A DNA stretch of 64,000 bases from Kudoa neothunni (Eukaryota > Animalia > Cnidaria), in NCBI GenBank assembly GCA_964304625.1, contig OZ199840.1:8705487-8769486 (forward strand), read 5' to 3'. The first letter of the stretch is position 1. Each line of letters starts with the position of its first letter. The notes under the pieces are model-generated. The model searched no databases and had not been told where the DNA came from. It saw only the letters and a program-made list of their open reading frames with translations. The translations under genes were made by a program, and so were the position numbers. This document shows, one piece after another, positions 38,170-51,266 of the stretch.

Positions 38170-38797
38170 TTATGAGATAGTTCGAAGCATTATAACGCAA
38201 GCATTGCGTCCATAGATTTCATTGAAAACGTCCGCTATGTTGAACTTTCAGTGATTAAATTCAATGCAGATAGTTGTATTTTTATTTCACCTGATTATTC
38301 AAATTATTTTTGATGATATTGATGCGATTTGATGTGTTTTTGAGAATGAACGCATTAAAATTTATGCTATGTCAAGAGATATTAATTTGAGTAATAAAAA
38401 TCAATTTTCGTATACCTCTTTATCTTATTTTACCACCCCAAAAAGCATGGAAAAAACTTTCTAAGCCGGGGCAAAAATAACGTTTTAGATATCATTTTAA
38501 CGGGATTTACATAATCCGGGAATGCAAAAAACAATACACTGAACATAAATTATTTAGAGTTGGTGCTGGGCCACGAAATTTATAAATGAACGCCGGAATT
38601 GGTACACTCCTTCACAGAAATAATCGTAACTTAAATTTCATATTCCCAGTCATCCAAATATAATGCTTGAAAATTATTTTAGTTTGACTGCATCTATATT
38701 TATAGGTCAATTTGAAATATTAATATCTTTTTAGAATGTTATTAAGAAATTTTTCAGTGCTTAATACTCCCAAGAAAAGCTGGGCAGTTCTCACTAG
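38170..38797 (+). mobile_element. 3' part of Helitron-like element
   Basis: Homologous to 22500-23130; ends with CCCAAGAAAAGCTGGG hairpin and CTAG|T. Left boundary approximate. Confidence 0.65.
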
Positions 38798-39786
38798 TAA
38801 TATCATACAGAGAGAGAGAGAGAGAGAGCAGAAGGACCTATTCCTATTTCTTGTAAACTAAAATCAAGTCAATAATTGGTAGATTAAAATGCTTCATTAT
38901 CATCATATTTACACCTCCATTGCTTTTATCTATCTGTAATATTGAATTATTTGGATTTTTTTCTTCTATGCTCCTGTGAAATATTCCTAACATTATTTTT
39001 ATAATAAGAAAAATATAGAATTAATCGGATTATTTTACCAAAAAAGCCATCAATAATCAATAGCGAGGCCACCGATTTCTATACTTTTGAATTTGATTCA
39101 ACAAAAAATTAAATATAGTATTTTACGACTTGTTAAAGGTTAATTAACAGAATTTGTTGAACTTATGTTGGAAAACAATGAAAAAATTAATTTAGAACAA
39201 ATTTGTTTATATTTTATTTTATCTTTTGTTGTTAGAGAAGTAAAAAATCTCAAGAGTATATATACATTATTTTCCTTTTGAATTAAGATAGAGGTCGATT
39301 TTTAAAGTATTGAATTTAATATTTTCTTTCGTTTTAACTATAACCTTAAAGAAAACCTAGACAATATTACCAAATATTTTTATAATTACCTTAATCCCCA
39401 AAAACTCTTGACTGAGATTAAATTGTATTAATTTAGAAACATAATAATTATTTGATAATCTATCAATAAAATATAACATTATTTGAGTAAAAGTTAGTGC
39501 TAACTTTACCGACCTAACTCTCAGCAAATGATTGCACAGAGTCCCGGTTTAATCCGTAATGTTCTTCTATCATGGTTATACGAAATTCCCGTTTCATAAT
39601 TAATTGTTTAATTTATGGCTAAGTTAATGTTAATTTATTTATTGGGTTGTTGTTATGGATGACTTTAAATCAACATGACCTAAATCGCTCAAGGGTTGTC
39701 ATGAGCTTGACAGAAAAAATAATTTTTTAAGTGAATATAAATAATATAATTAATCAAAGTATTAATAAATAAAAAGAATGTTGGGG
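38250..39786. repeat. Segmental duplication, flank type B (3' flank of copy 4), paralogous to ~22570-23640 joined to 26693-27162
   Basis: Colinear similarity once the MULE is removed. Confidence 0.9.
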
Positions 39787-42705
39787 CTAGTCATTTTTCT
39801 TTTTTCCGATGAAGAATGCGATTCCCCCTATCAAAAGTACCACTCCTGCAACAGCTGATACGATTATTCTATCTATAAATTAAACAACTCAAATAACAAA
39901 AATTAATACATCATTTTCATGTTTGACCTAAAATCAAAATTTCGTTATATTGTTATATACAATAATTTGGTAGTAAAATTACTTTGCACTACTTTTTTCA
40001 CCTAAAGAAAATAATACAAAAATAATTTTTAATTTATTTAATACCTTGATTTATTGCAGCAGTTCCGTAATATGTCGGATCAGACTCCAAGTATACGATT
40101 AAATGATAATTGTTTGATTCTGGCAAGTTATCAATGGTGAAACTTGCACATTTTGGAAACTTGGTGCATTTAGAATTCCGCGCCATGCATGATCTCACAA
40201 TTAATTGTGATTTTGCACTTGTATTTTTTAGTTCCCATTTACATTTTGACTGTTCGTTCACTTTTGTCGAATGGTGAGTTTCCACTGTGAATGTAGTTCC
40301 ATCTCGTGTTATTGAAACGTCTAATACTTTATTAGTGTCTGTTGGATTTTCTTTAGGTTTATCTAATCGTTGATTAATACAGATAAATTTGAAACTAAAA
40401 TTTTTACTTGAAGGGATATCAATTGTTTGTTGTGTAGACTTTCCTGTGGCAGTCACCAAAACTCTGTATTCATAGTTTGGGTCGTAGTCGGTGTTGAATA
40501 TAATAGATTTGCATGATGGCATATTTTGACATATCTTTGAAGTGTTATCATTAGTTTGAGCAGTATTTTCTGTTGTTGTACCACCTGCTCTAGCTATACT
40601 TACTATCTCTGATTTTGATTTAATTGCAGAACTTTGAGAAGGTTGTGAAGTCTGTGAGGATGGATCGGGAAGTGTAAGAGTAGGTGGATTAGTTGAGACA
40701 GGGGCAGGGCACACAAATATCGATTCATAATCATTACCCTTTTTAATTTTTACATCGTATTCACACAGGGCTGGAGTTTTTGTCGATAATCGTGCATTCA
40801 ATTCGAATCCTTCCATATTAAATCTATGAGTAATTGATAGTGTAGCCAGTTCTAATAAAATTTAATGTAACAAAAATAAAACAAAATTAGTTTACTAGTT
40901 TCAACTGCCTTGTAAATGTGTTCTGCATAATCTTTATGAGCAACCACTTTGATGTCATATTGAACACCAGGTTCTAGACCAATGATCTTTTTAGTATCCT
41001 TACAAAAGCCCCTACATGGATTGCTGTCGTCGCATGAAGCAGGATAGAAATTATCTTTTCCTGTCAAACTTATATGATATTCACATGTTGGTTCTGTTGT
41101 TTTATCATTGGTTACCGTACCATCAACAGTTTTAAGGGAGGCATCGGATGCTGTTGTTGTTGGAGTTGTATCTAAATAAGTCTTCCCACTCTCGTTTTCT
41201 TAGTAGATATTAATATTGTCTGAAACATTAAATATATTTACTTGTTCTATAAAATATTTTTTCTTTAAAATTTGTAGGGTTGGTGATTCCTGTTGCAGTT
41301 ACTTCAATAATATATGCCCTACCAGCATTAAGACCTTTTACGACTAATTCTGAGCCATTTTTCTTGCAGTTTCCATCACTACCATCAGTTATACTACTAC
41401 TAGAAGCACAAGTAGTAGTAGTCGATGCAGTCGGTTTAATACTGTCAGCGGCATAATGAGTGAGAGTAGGGGTTCCGCTGCTCTCTTTTAAAAGTCCTGA
41501 GTTAAATGTAACACCAATAGCTGTGTAAGCTGATAATAGTCCTTCTGTTGGTTCAGTGATAGCTAAAAAAATTTAAAAATGTTTGTACTTCTTCGTTACA
41601 CAATTACCGTATTTATTTTGAATATAACCGTCATACGTTTTATTAGAATGCATTGCTAGCTTGTGATGCCTTGTTTGGATTATAACACTATAAACTGATT
41701 TTGGTGCAGACACCGTCAAAGTGACATTTTTACAGGGGGCATAGCATTCACCGTTGCTGTTACCACACTTTGATTCATATGCATCATTAACTGCAGTAGT
41801 CTCAGCATTTCTAAGACGAAACACACAGATCTCGTGAGATGGGTTGTTAGTAAATTTTAAAGTGATTTTGTTATCTTCAGTATTTTTAGAAACATAAAAT
41901 TGTGGCTTGTAAATTTCAATGCTGTTTTTCATGTATTCATTAGGCATGTTATAAAAAAAGCTTGGATAATTTTGGCATCTCACTTCGTAATGTGGAATTA
42001 GGAGATCGAAATCAACCGTATTAGCTTGGTTTTCATTGATGCAATCAGTGTTGGCCGTTCCTTCATTGTATTTCATATCTTTATAGTGGATTGGGCAGTT
42101 GACTGATGTACATGTTTTTGTGCTTAACTTTAATTTGTTTGAGGTACCCTCTGTTGAAATAGAAATTTGTGGATTTACAAGTAATGCTAAATAAAATATT
42201 TTTATTTAATCGAATTAACTATACAGTTACGTGCTACTAAACCAAATACTTTTCCACCATGTAATTGATTAGCTGTATTAACAGCCCCTGCGTTGTCTCC
42301 AGCAAAAATGTAAATGTAATGTGTTCTGGGAGAAAATAAATTAAAGTCTATTTTTATATTATCCCCAGCACAAACTCTAACACATTTATTGTTCGCGTCC
42401 CCTTCCGTTATGCCGCTCGGACAAGAGGTAATTTCGTCAAATGCAAGTGCATTATTGGCTACATTTGACTTCATGATGCGGCAGGTTTTACCTTCAGTAG
42501 TATATGTACTTCCAGTTAAAATTAGTTGAACTTTGGATTGATTTCCATCAGTGTCTTTCACGATCTGATATTTCACTCGTTCTGTTGGAGCAATGGGAAC
42601 GTTTCCGTCACAAAACGTTTGGTTAATAATAACTTAAAAAGTTTATCAGCGAATAAAAAATATTAAATTACTAAATATGGAAAAAATATTAATAATAAAC
42701 AACAT
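39787..42705 (-). CDS. Family copy 4; apparently fully intact
   Basis: Exon 1 at 42672-42705 (MLFIINIFSIF|IIINQTFC); no frameshift found. C-terminus QGEKSSAKSNMKMIIIVSAVAGVVLLIGGIAFFIGKKKND*. Confidence 0.85.
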
Positions 42706-43276
42706 TGTAGTCTTATTGTGGCGATAAGAATATAATCATTTCACAAATCGGTTGAATAGGGCGAATACGATTTGTGCTATTCAATGAATGTTTTTGAGGG
42801 TATTATTGAATTCATATTAATTATTTGTAGGTCAAAAAAACAAGTTATGATTAATCATGGAGGTTATGAAATTAATTATATATTTTTTTAAAATATAAAA
42901 TAATTATTCAATATTTTCAGTTTATTTCTTTTGGAAAAATTTATATAAATTCCATTAATTTGAAAGATGATGTATTATAAATGTCCTGAATACCTATTAT
43001 TCGAGGAATTAGTTAAACCTACATAGCACACAATGCAAAAAAATACTAAATTTTTAATTTGATAAATAATTATGTTTGATAATAGTAGAAAATATTCAAT
43101 ATTATGGAACTTGTTTAAGTCTGTTTCCCTACTAAATCATAATTAAGGTAATAACACAAAATGAAATTTTTGATTAATTCATTTTTTTAATATATATATA
43201 TATATATATGAAGTATTAATTAATATAGGAGGTTTTTTCCGTATAACCCCAGGTACTTTAAATAGTTACTGAAATT

Positions 43277-45416
43277 TCACCTCTGTTCCTCTTGCTTAGG
43301 AACTCTTGTGCAATGGCTTAACTCTGAAAGGAACTATGAGGAAAAACAAAAGAAAAATTTCGGATAATTTTCTCAAGTCATGGAAACGTGATGTTTTTTC
43401 ATCCATTTTTGATTTCAGTGGGGATTTTATATTAGGCTCGTGCGTTTCAAAAAAATACTACGCTGTAAACCTCTTGTCTAGTCAACACCATGATAACTCA
43501 ATCCATGACGTAGACTGAAAGACACCCAACATCACTATGCACCACAAAAAAACAAATGATGGTGTTGATATGGCTGACAAATTGACCGCCCAATATTCCT
43601 ACAGCAAACCTACGAGAAGATGGCCATTTAAAATTATTTATGGACATGCTCGGTATAGCTTGCTCAAGTACCTATATTTTGTGGATAAAAAACATCCTGA
43701 GTGTCAAAAAAGTAAGTAGAAATAGGATACAATGTTTTATACGGCAGTTATCCATTGAATTAGCACGAGAACATGAATCATGGCGCCATAATAACCAAGA
43801 AAGATTGCCAATCAACATTAAGCATGGATTTCGTCTATTTTATGGAAGTATCAACAATGATTCCTCGTCCCTCATATCGAGTTCTTCGCATGCATTAAGT
43901 AGGAAACGATGTTTTTTTTGTCCAATAAACCAAGACAAAAAATCACAGATATTGCGTTTCAATTGTCAAAGATTTGTTTGCGCCAAACAAATTTTAAACA
44001 TAAGAACATTATTTATTGTATGGACTGCGACAAAAAATTCCTATATAATTGAAAAAGGTATGTGTCTGTTTTTTTATATTCTCAACCTTGTGTGAATATA
44101 ATGGCGTCGTCAATATATCCAGTAAAACATTGAAGCTAATTTTTTTAAATATAAGACACAATTAATCTTTACGTCACATAATTTTTTTTATTTTTTTATT
44201 ATAGATATTGCATTTTGATTCAACCTATGCTTAATTCGCTGATTAAATCCAAAATAAACCTTAAACATCTGAATCGATAATTGGAATAGTTTAAAATGTT
44301 TTAAAACTATATGATTTTGATTCATACAATGATTTCACAAAATACGTGAATAACTGAAAAAAAGAAGTAACGTTTTATTCTCTAACCGTAAACTATATGG
44401 GATTTTAAATAATTTTTTTAACTATACACGGAAATAAATCTTTCAACATTTTTATATACATATTTAAACCTCTCGTTTAAAAAGTTTGAGCGTTTAAATT
44501 TTTTAAAACTTAAGATCACACGCAGAAGAAATTTTGTTAGGAAAATATTAATTATAATGAACAATTAACTGCCTGTAATGTTTATTGTACTTGAAATAAT
44601 AAGATATTTTTCCCTCGTATGTTCGTTTGAATGATTCATTAATAAATGGATATATAAACGTTTAAAAAATTTGAATCACTCTCAAAAAAGGTTGTTAAAG
44701 AACATAACTATTGATATACAAAATTTTATGATATTACACTTAATCAAACTAATTTTTTCATTTGTAAAATTGTTGAAGTTTCATCCGCAAAACCAAAAAT
44801 TAATTTGATACATTTCGTTTTTCAAATAAATATAAGGATCGAAGTTTAAAAAAGTGGAAATAAACTCGACTGAAAAATGGAAGCTTAGAACTAAAATAAA
44901 TTGAATTATAATGTCAGTAAATAATAATGAAGCGTGTAAATTTTAAAACGCAACAGACTATGACTGAAGAATTCAGCAAACAGCAAAAATTGCAAAATCC
45001 TGCGTCATTTGAGATCGAAAATCTGTTTATATTAACCACGATCGAGTGTTCCGTTTTGATGCGTGGCTTTTTCCTGATAGCGTATATCACGCTAATCTTT
45101 TGTTTTTTTAAGTTTTCTGATTCGAGAATAAATTATATCTACAAAGCAATCTCCACTGTTGAAATATTACCGATTCAAACACATGCATTTCATCTTGTGT
45201 AAATAATGTTGCAGCTAACAAACAACGCCATTTTTTGTAATGAAGGAAATAAAAATTCAGTTAGATTTTGGTTTTAATTAGCTTAAAATTGTATAATAAA
45301 TTAATTGATAATAATTCAATCGCAGTAAAACTTAGTTATCATTGATTGCTTCTGGGGTCACTGAGTGCCCACCACCACGCCAGGGGGTAATTTTTTGACA
45401 CTCAGTACTAGGAAGG
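43277..45416 (+). mobile_element. 5'-truncated piggyBac-like remnant (duplicate of 11770-13815)
   Basis: Same motifs (ORFs 43306, 43537, 43640 with RKRCFFCP..C..FVC). Right end AGGAAGG|TTAA at 45416. Confidence 0.8.
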
Positions 45417-45853
45417 TTAAATAACATCGTTTGTATAAATATCACGCTCCCCAAGAAATAAGCTCAAAAACAAAGAGACAATTAAGAAGTACACGTATTC
45501 TTAAAAACCATCCAATGAAATCAATAATCATTAATGAATATAATTATTTTTAAATTATACGGTCAAATTTAATAATAATAACCACTAAAAATATGTTATT
45601 TCATATTGAGTTATTCAGTAGTGCATCTCTACCCTGAATACTTTTAGACATTTTTTTCACTTTAATACAGTAAATATATTGAATATTAAGTTGATTTTAT
45701 ATAGACTTAAAACTTATATGATTTCATTAGAAAGCAAGAATCAAATAAAGTTAACAAAACTAGTGCTATTTTAAAAATTTGATTATGAATAAATTATTGT
45801 AAGAAAATATAAATAATAATTAATTAATATAATAAATAAAAAGAATGTTGGGG

Positions 45854-48780
45854 CTAGTCATTTTTCTTTTTTCCGATGAAGAATGCGATTCCCCCTATCA
45901 AAAGTACCACTCCTGCAACAGCTGATACGATTATTCTATCTATAAATTAAACAACTCAAATAACAAAAATTAATACATCATTTTCATGTTTGACCTAAAA
46001 TCAAAATTTCGTTATATTGTTATATACAATAATTTGGTAGTAAAATTACTTTGCACTACTTTTTTCACCTAAAGAAAATAATACAAAAATAATTTTTTAA
46101 TTTATTTAATACCTTGATTTATTGCAGCAGTTCCGTAATATGTCGGATCAGACTCCAAGTATACGATTAAGTGATAATTGTTTGATTCTGGCAAATTATC
46201 AATGGTGAATCTTGCACATTTTGGAAACTTGGTGCATTTAGAATTCCGCGCCATGCATGATCTCACAATTAATTGTGATTTTGCACTTGTATTTTTTAGT
46301 TCCCATTTACATTTTGACTGTTCGTTCACTTTTGTCGAATGATGAGTTTCCACTGTGAATGTAGTTCCATCTCGTGTTATTGAAACGTCTAATACTTTAT
46401 TGGTGTCTGTTGGATTTTCTTTAGGTTTATCTAATCATTGATTAATACAGATAAATTTGAAACTAAAATTTTTACTTGAAGGGATATCAATTGTTTGTTG
46501 TGTAGATTTTCCTGTGGCAGTCACCAAAACTCTGTATTCATGGTTTGGATCGTAGTCGGTGTTGAATACAATAGATTTGCATGATGGCATATTTTGGCAT
46601 GTCTTTGAAGTGATATCATTAGTTTGAGCAGTATTTTCTGTTGTTGTACCACCTGCTCTAGCTATTTTTAGTGCGTCAAATCTTGACTTAATTAGAGAAT
46701 TTTGAGAAGGTTGTGAAGTCTGTGAGGATGGATCGGGAAGTGTAAGAGTAGGTGGATTAGTTGAGGCAGGGGCAGGACACATGAATATCGACTCATAATC
46801 ATTACCCTTTTTAATTCTTACATCGTACTCACACACAGCTGGTGTGTTTGTCGATAATCGTGCATTCAATTCGAATCCTTCCATATTAAATCTATGAGTA
46901 ATTGATAGTGTATCCAATTCTAACGAAATTTAGTATTAACAAGATAAAATAATATTGATTTACTAGTTTCAACTGCCTTATAAATATGATCCGCATAATC
47001 TTTATGAGCAACTACTTTAATGTCATATTGAACACCAGGTTCTAGACCAACGATTTTTTTAGTATCCTTACAAAAGCCTCTACATGGAATGCTGTCTTCG
47101 CATGACGCAGGATAGAAATTATCTTTTCCTGTCAAACTTATATGATATTCACATGTTGGTTCTGTTGTTTTATCATCGCGTACCGTACCATCTACAGCTT
47201 TAAGGGATGCATCAGATGCTGTTGTTGTTGGATCTGTATCTAAATAAGTCTTTTGAGCGCCACTTTCTTAATAAATATTAATGATTTTAATATTATTTTG
47301 TATATTCACTCGTTCTGTAAAATATTTTTTCTTTAAAGTTCTGTGGATCAGTAACTGTTGACATTGCAACTTCAAACATGTAAGCCCTTCCACTATCAAG
47401 ACCGGTTACCACTAATTTAATACCTTCTGTTTTGCAAGTGCTTCCATTTCCAGACGTTGTGCCACTACCAGCAGCACAGTTAGTAGTACTTGGTGCGTCT
47501 GGCGTAAAAGTGTCGGCAGGATAATGAGTGAGAGTAGTGGTTCCGGCAGTAACTTTAAAGGGCGAAGAATCAAACTTGACACCTACATTAGTAAACTCTG
47601 ATAATAATCCCTCGGTTGGTTCAGTAATTGCTAAAAGAATTGATCATATTTATGTAAGTGATTTCATTCGTTATTACCGTATTTATTTTGAGTATACCCC
47701 TCATAATTTTTATCAGATTTTATCGTTAAATCGTGATGTCTTGTTTGGATTACGACACTGTAAACCGATTTTTCTGCTTTGACAGTTAATGTAACATTTG
47801 CGCAAGGGGCGTAGCAATCACCATTTTGGTTACCACAATTTGACTCATATGCGTCACTTGAACCAGTTTGTGTAGCATCTTTAATACGAAACACACAGAT
47901 TTCGTGAGATGGATTATTAGTAAATTTTAAAGTAACTTTTTTAGTATCTGCAGAGTTTTTCGTGATTATAAAATTGTGGTTTGTAAATTTCAATTCCGCT
48001 TTTCATGTATTCATTGGGCATGTTATAAAAAAAGCTTGGATAATTTTGACATTTCATTTCATAATGAGGAATAAGAAGATCGAAATCGAGGATATTCGCT
48101 TGACCGTCAGTGTTACAACTATCAGCATTTGTACCTGCTGCGTACTGCATGGCTTTGTAGTGAATGGGACAGTCTACAGGAGTGAATGTTTTGACACATA
48201 ATTTAAGTTTTTTTTGAGGTGTCAAAGGAAACAGCAAATTTCGGATTAACAAGCAATGCTAAAGTTAATGTAATTATTTATTTCATTAATAATAAGTTAC
48301 GTGTTGAAAAACCAAACATTTTTCCTCCTGTTAATTCGTTCGCATCTTTTTCGGCTCCGTCCTTGGTCCCAGAAAATATGTAAACGTACGAAGTTCTGGG
48401 AGAAAGAGCATTAAAATCCAACTTTAAATCGTTTCCAGCACAAACTCTAACACATTTATCGCCGGAACGGGCAGGTTCTCTTCCGGTAGGGCAATTACTA
48501 ATTTCATTTAAAGTAAGTGCATCGCCCGCTTTATCAGATTTCCTGATGCGACACATCTTATTGGCGGTAGTATAAATACTCCCACTTAAAACAAGTTGGA
48601 GTTTGAATGGATTATCACCCGTATCTTTCACAATCTGATAATTCACTATTTCCGTTGGAATGGTAGGAACATTTTCATTGGAGAAGGTTTGGTCGATGAA
48701 AACTATAAAAAAACAATATGGAAAACATAAAAAAATCTAAAATTACTTAACGTGGAAATAATATGAAAAACAAGCGACAT
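45854..48780 (-). CDS. Family copy 5; two apparent +1 frameshifts; most diverged N-terminal half among the - copies
   Basis: Exon 1 at 48747-48780 (MSLVFHIISTL|IFIDQTFS). Extra bases at 48208-48215 (T8) and ~47966. TM/tail as in copy 4. Confidence 0.75.
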
Positions 48781-51266
48781 TAATGATGTTTAATGCAGCT
48801 GATGGTATTATTTAATATTAAAATAATTGCATGAATGGACGAATATGTTATATTGCTTACCAATGAATGCCTACCGAAGAATTATTAAATTCTTCATTAT
48901 CAGTTGACTTCATCAAATGAATAAACTCTATTACATAGTATGCATCTAATTTAATTTTCATTGGTCCATATTAAAATAAAAACCAAAATTGACCAATAAT
49001 ATTTATATATGAAGTAATTTAGCCGAGAACAGGCTTTTGAAACACAATAAGTTGCAAAATTATATTGTAGAAATTTTATGGAACTTAACAATATCTAGAA
49101 CTGCCTGATCATATAAAACATTATGGATTAAAAATTAAATGAATACTTTAGTGGATACATTGGTTAATATAACTGTTTAATCGGGTCTAATTGAGTTTGA
49201 TTTATGTAAAAAATTGTTTGATTCCGAACACTAATCCTATTGATAAAAGCTTTCTTAAACTGCAAAACAAATTGTATATTTTTTACAATTAAAAAAATTC
49301 CGTTTGTGTTATAAAATCAAAAAAGTATACATAAACATTCTAAAAGTATTTTACACACCCCTTGTCCTATTATTTACATCAATACTGAGATTCCCAATAT
49401 GAAACATTAATTATGCGTCATGATATAAGTACATGTTAATCAAGCTTAACTAAGTTCAACTTTATATTTAAAACTGAAAATAATTACAATACTGAAAAAT
49501 AAACAATACAAATAAGTTGATTTGGGAAAAAATGAATACTTACATATCTCGAATTTTTACAAATTATTCCATTTTAGGAAACCAAAAAATATAAATTAGA
49601 GTAATTAAGAATAGTCACAAGTAATGAAATATTAGCTAATAGAATAATAAACTAAAAAAATCAATCTGAATAATAATAGCAAAATTATTTAATTTTATAG
49701 TTTATTATTTGTAAATTGGTAAAGTTTCAATATCGATATTCTTGTTTAAGAGTAGTTAATAATCAATTAATTAAACAAACCTCAGTATTTAAATATTCCG
49801 ATGTGCATGTTTTAAACATCACGAATAATTTTTTAACCTGATATCACATATCCATTGATTTATTTAATTATTTTAAAATTAATTTTGGTATAATCTTTAT
49901 ATGAAAATATTTTTTGTACGAATTAGAAGCATCTCGTGTGGTTTTAGCTCGAACGTGAGATTGATAACAAGAATTATTTTAAATTTTTATATTATTTATA
50001 CAAATAAAAACCTTATTTAAATATAAATACATATATATTAAATTAGTTAAGGTAAGAATTAAACAGAAAAATAAATATCGCGATATTGACCATCAAAGAT
50101 TTCGAACGCAAATATTCGATGGTATATGGATGGTGACAATTATTATTTACCATATAATATACATATAAATATAATATCAACTTACACTCTTCTAATAAAT
50201 TATATTCAAGAACTAATTCATCAATTAAAAATATCACGTAATCTTTGGTGTATTGCAAACGAGACGGATAATTCAAACGGGATAATCGCTAGCCGCTTAT
50301 AAAATGTAACTAGGACAATCAAAATGTAAAAATAATTGATAATTCAATTATTTTAAAGTCATATTTAGGTGCTATGTTACTAATGTTATAAAGTTTATAA
50401 AGTACGAATTAAACTTTCTACATATTGATTAATTTAATTTTCGTCGCGATATTACGTACTACCCTTAAGTTAGTTTACATAAATTTATAATTTATAAACA
50501 AATATAAACGAACAATTTTGTTATTATAAATTCCTGAGCTTAGGTAAATAGTTCAAATTATGTTTTACACAATTATACTTATTATTATATTGTTTTAAAG
50601 GAAGGACTCTATATCACGGTAACTTATAGGGATCGGGGACATGTTGCGCAACATCGAGATCTTATTGTGATTTCTAGAAATGACCATCGCCAGTCTGGAA
50701 AATATGACATGGTTTTATTTATTCTGCTTCTATTATGTCGATTAATAATGAAATTTGATATAGACTAAACGCGTGTAACGTAGTTTTTATATTATTTAAT
50801 ATTATCTTATTTACCTAGGTATGAGTAATGTGAGTTCAACACACAATAAAGTTCTATGAATATTCTAAAATTTTCTGGTTAAATTTTTGTAAAATGTATA
50901 ATATTAATATTAAATAACTACGATATATATTGATTTAAATGCAATTTAGATTACTTTAATAATATTTTTTGTGAATTATAAAAACTAATTTTATCACGGA
51001 TGGATGACACTTGAAATGTCACTAGGAGTATTTATCATTGTGTCTTATAAATGTTTGTATTTAAAAGGAACCATAAATCATTAGCTATATTCAATCCAAA
51101 GATAATTAGGTTATCTTCATGAGGAGAGAGTTTTCCAAAAAAAAATGCTTGTGTTTAAAAAGAGAGTAATTTAAGTAGTAAGTTATATAAGTGAAAATAT
51201 TGTTCTTTGGGGTAAAATTATAAAATTAATAAGCTAAGATATAAATAAATAGAGATGATATGTGGG

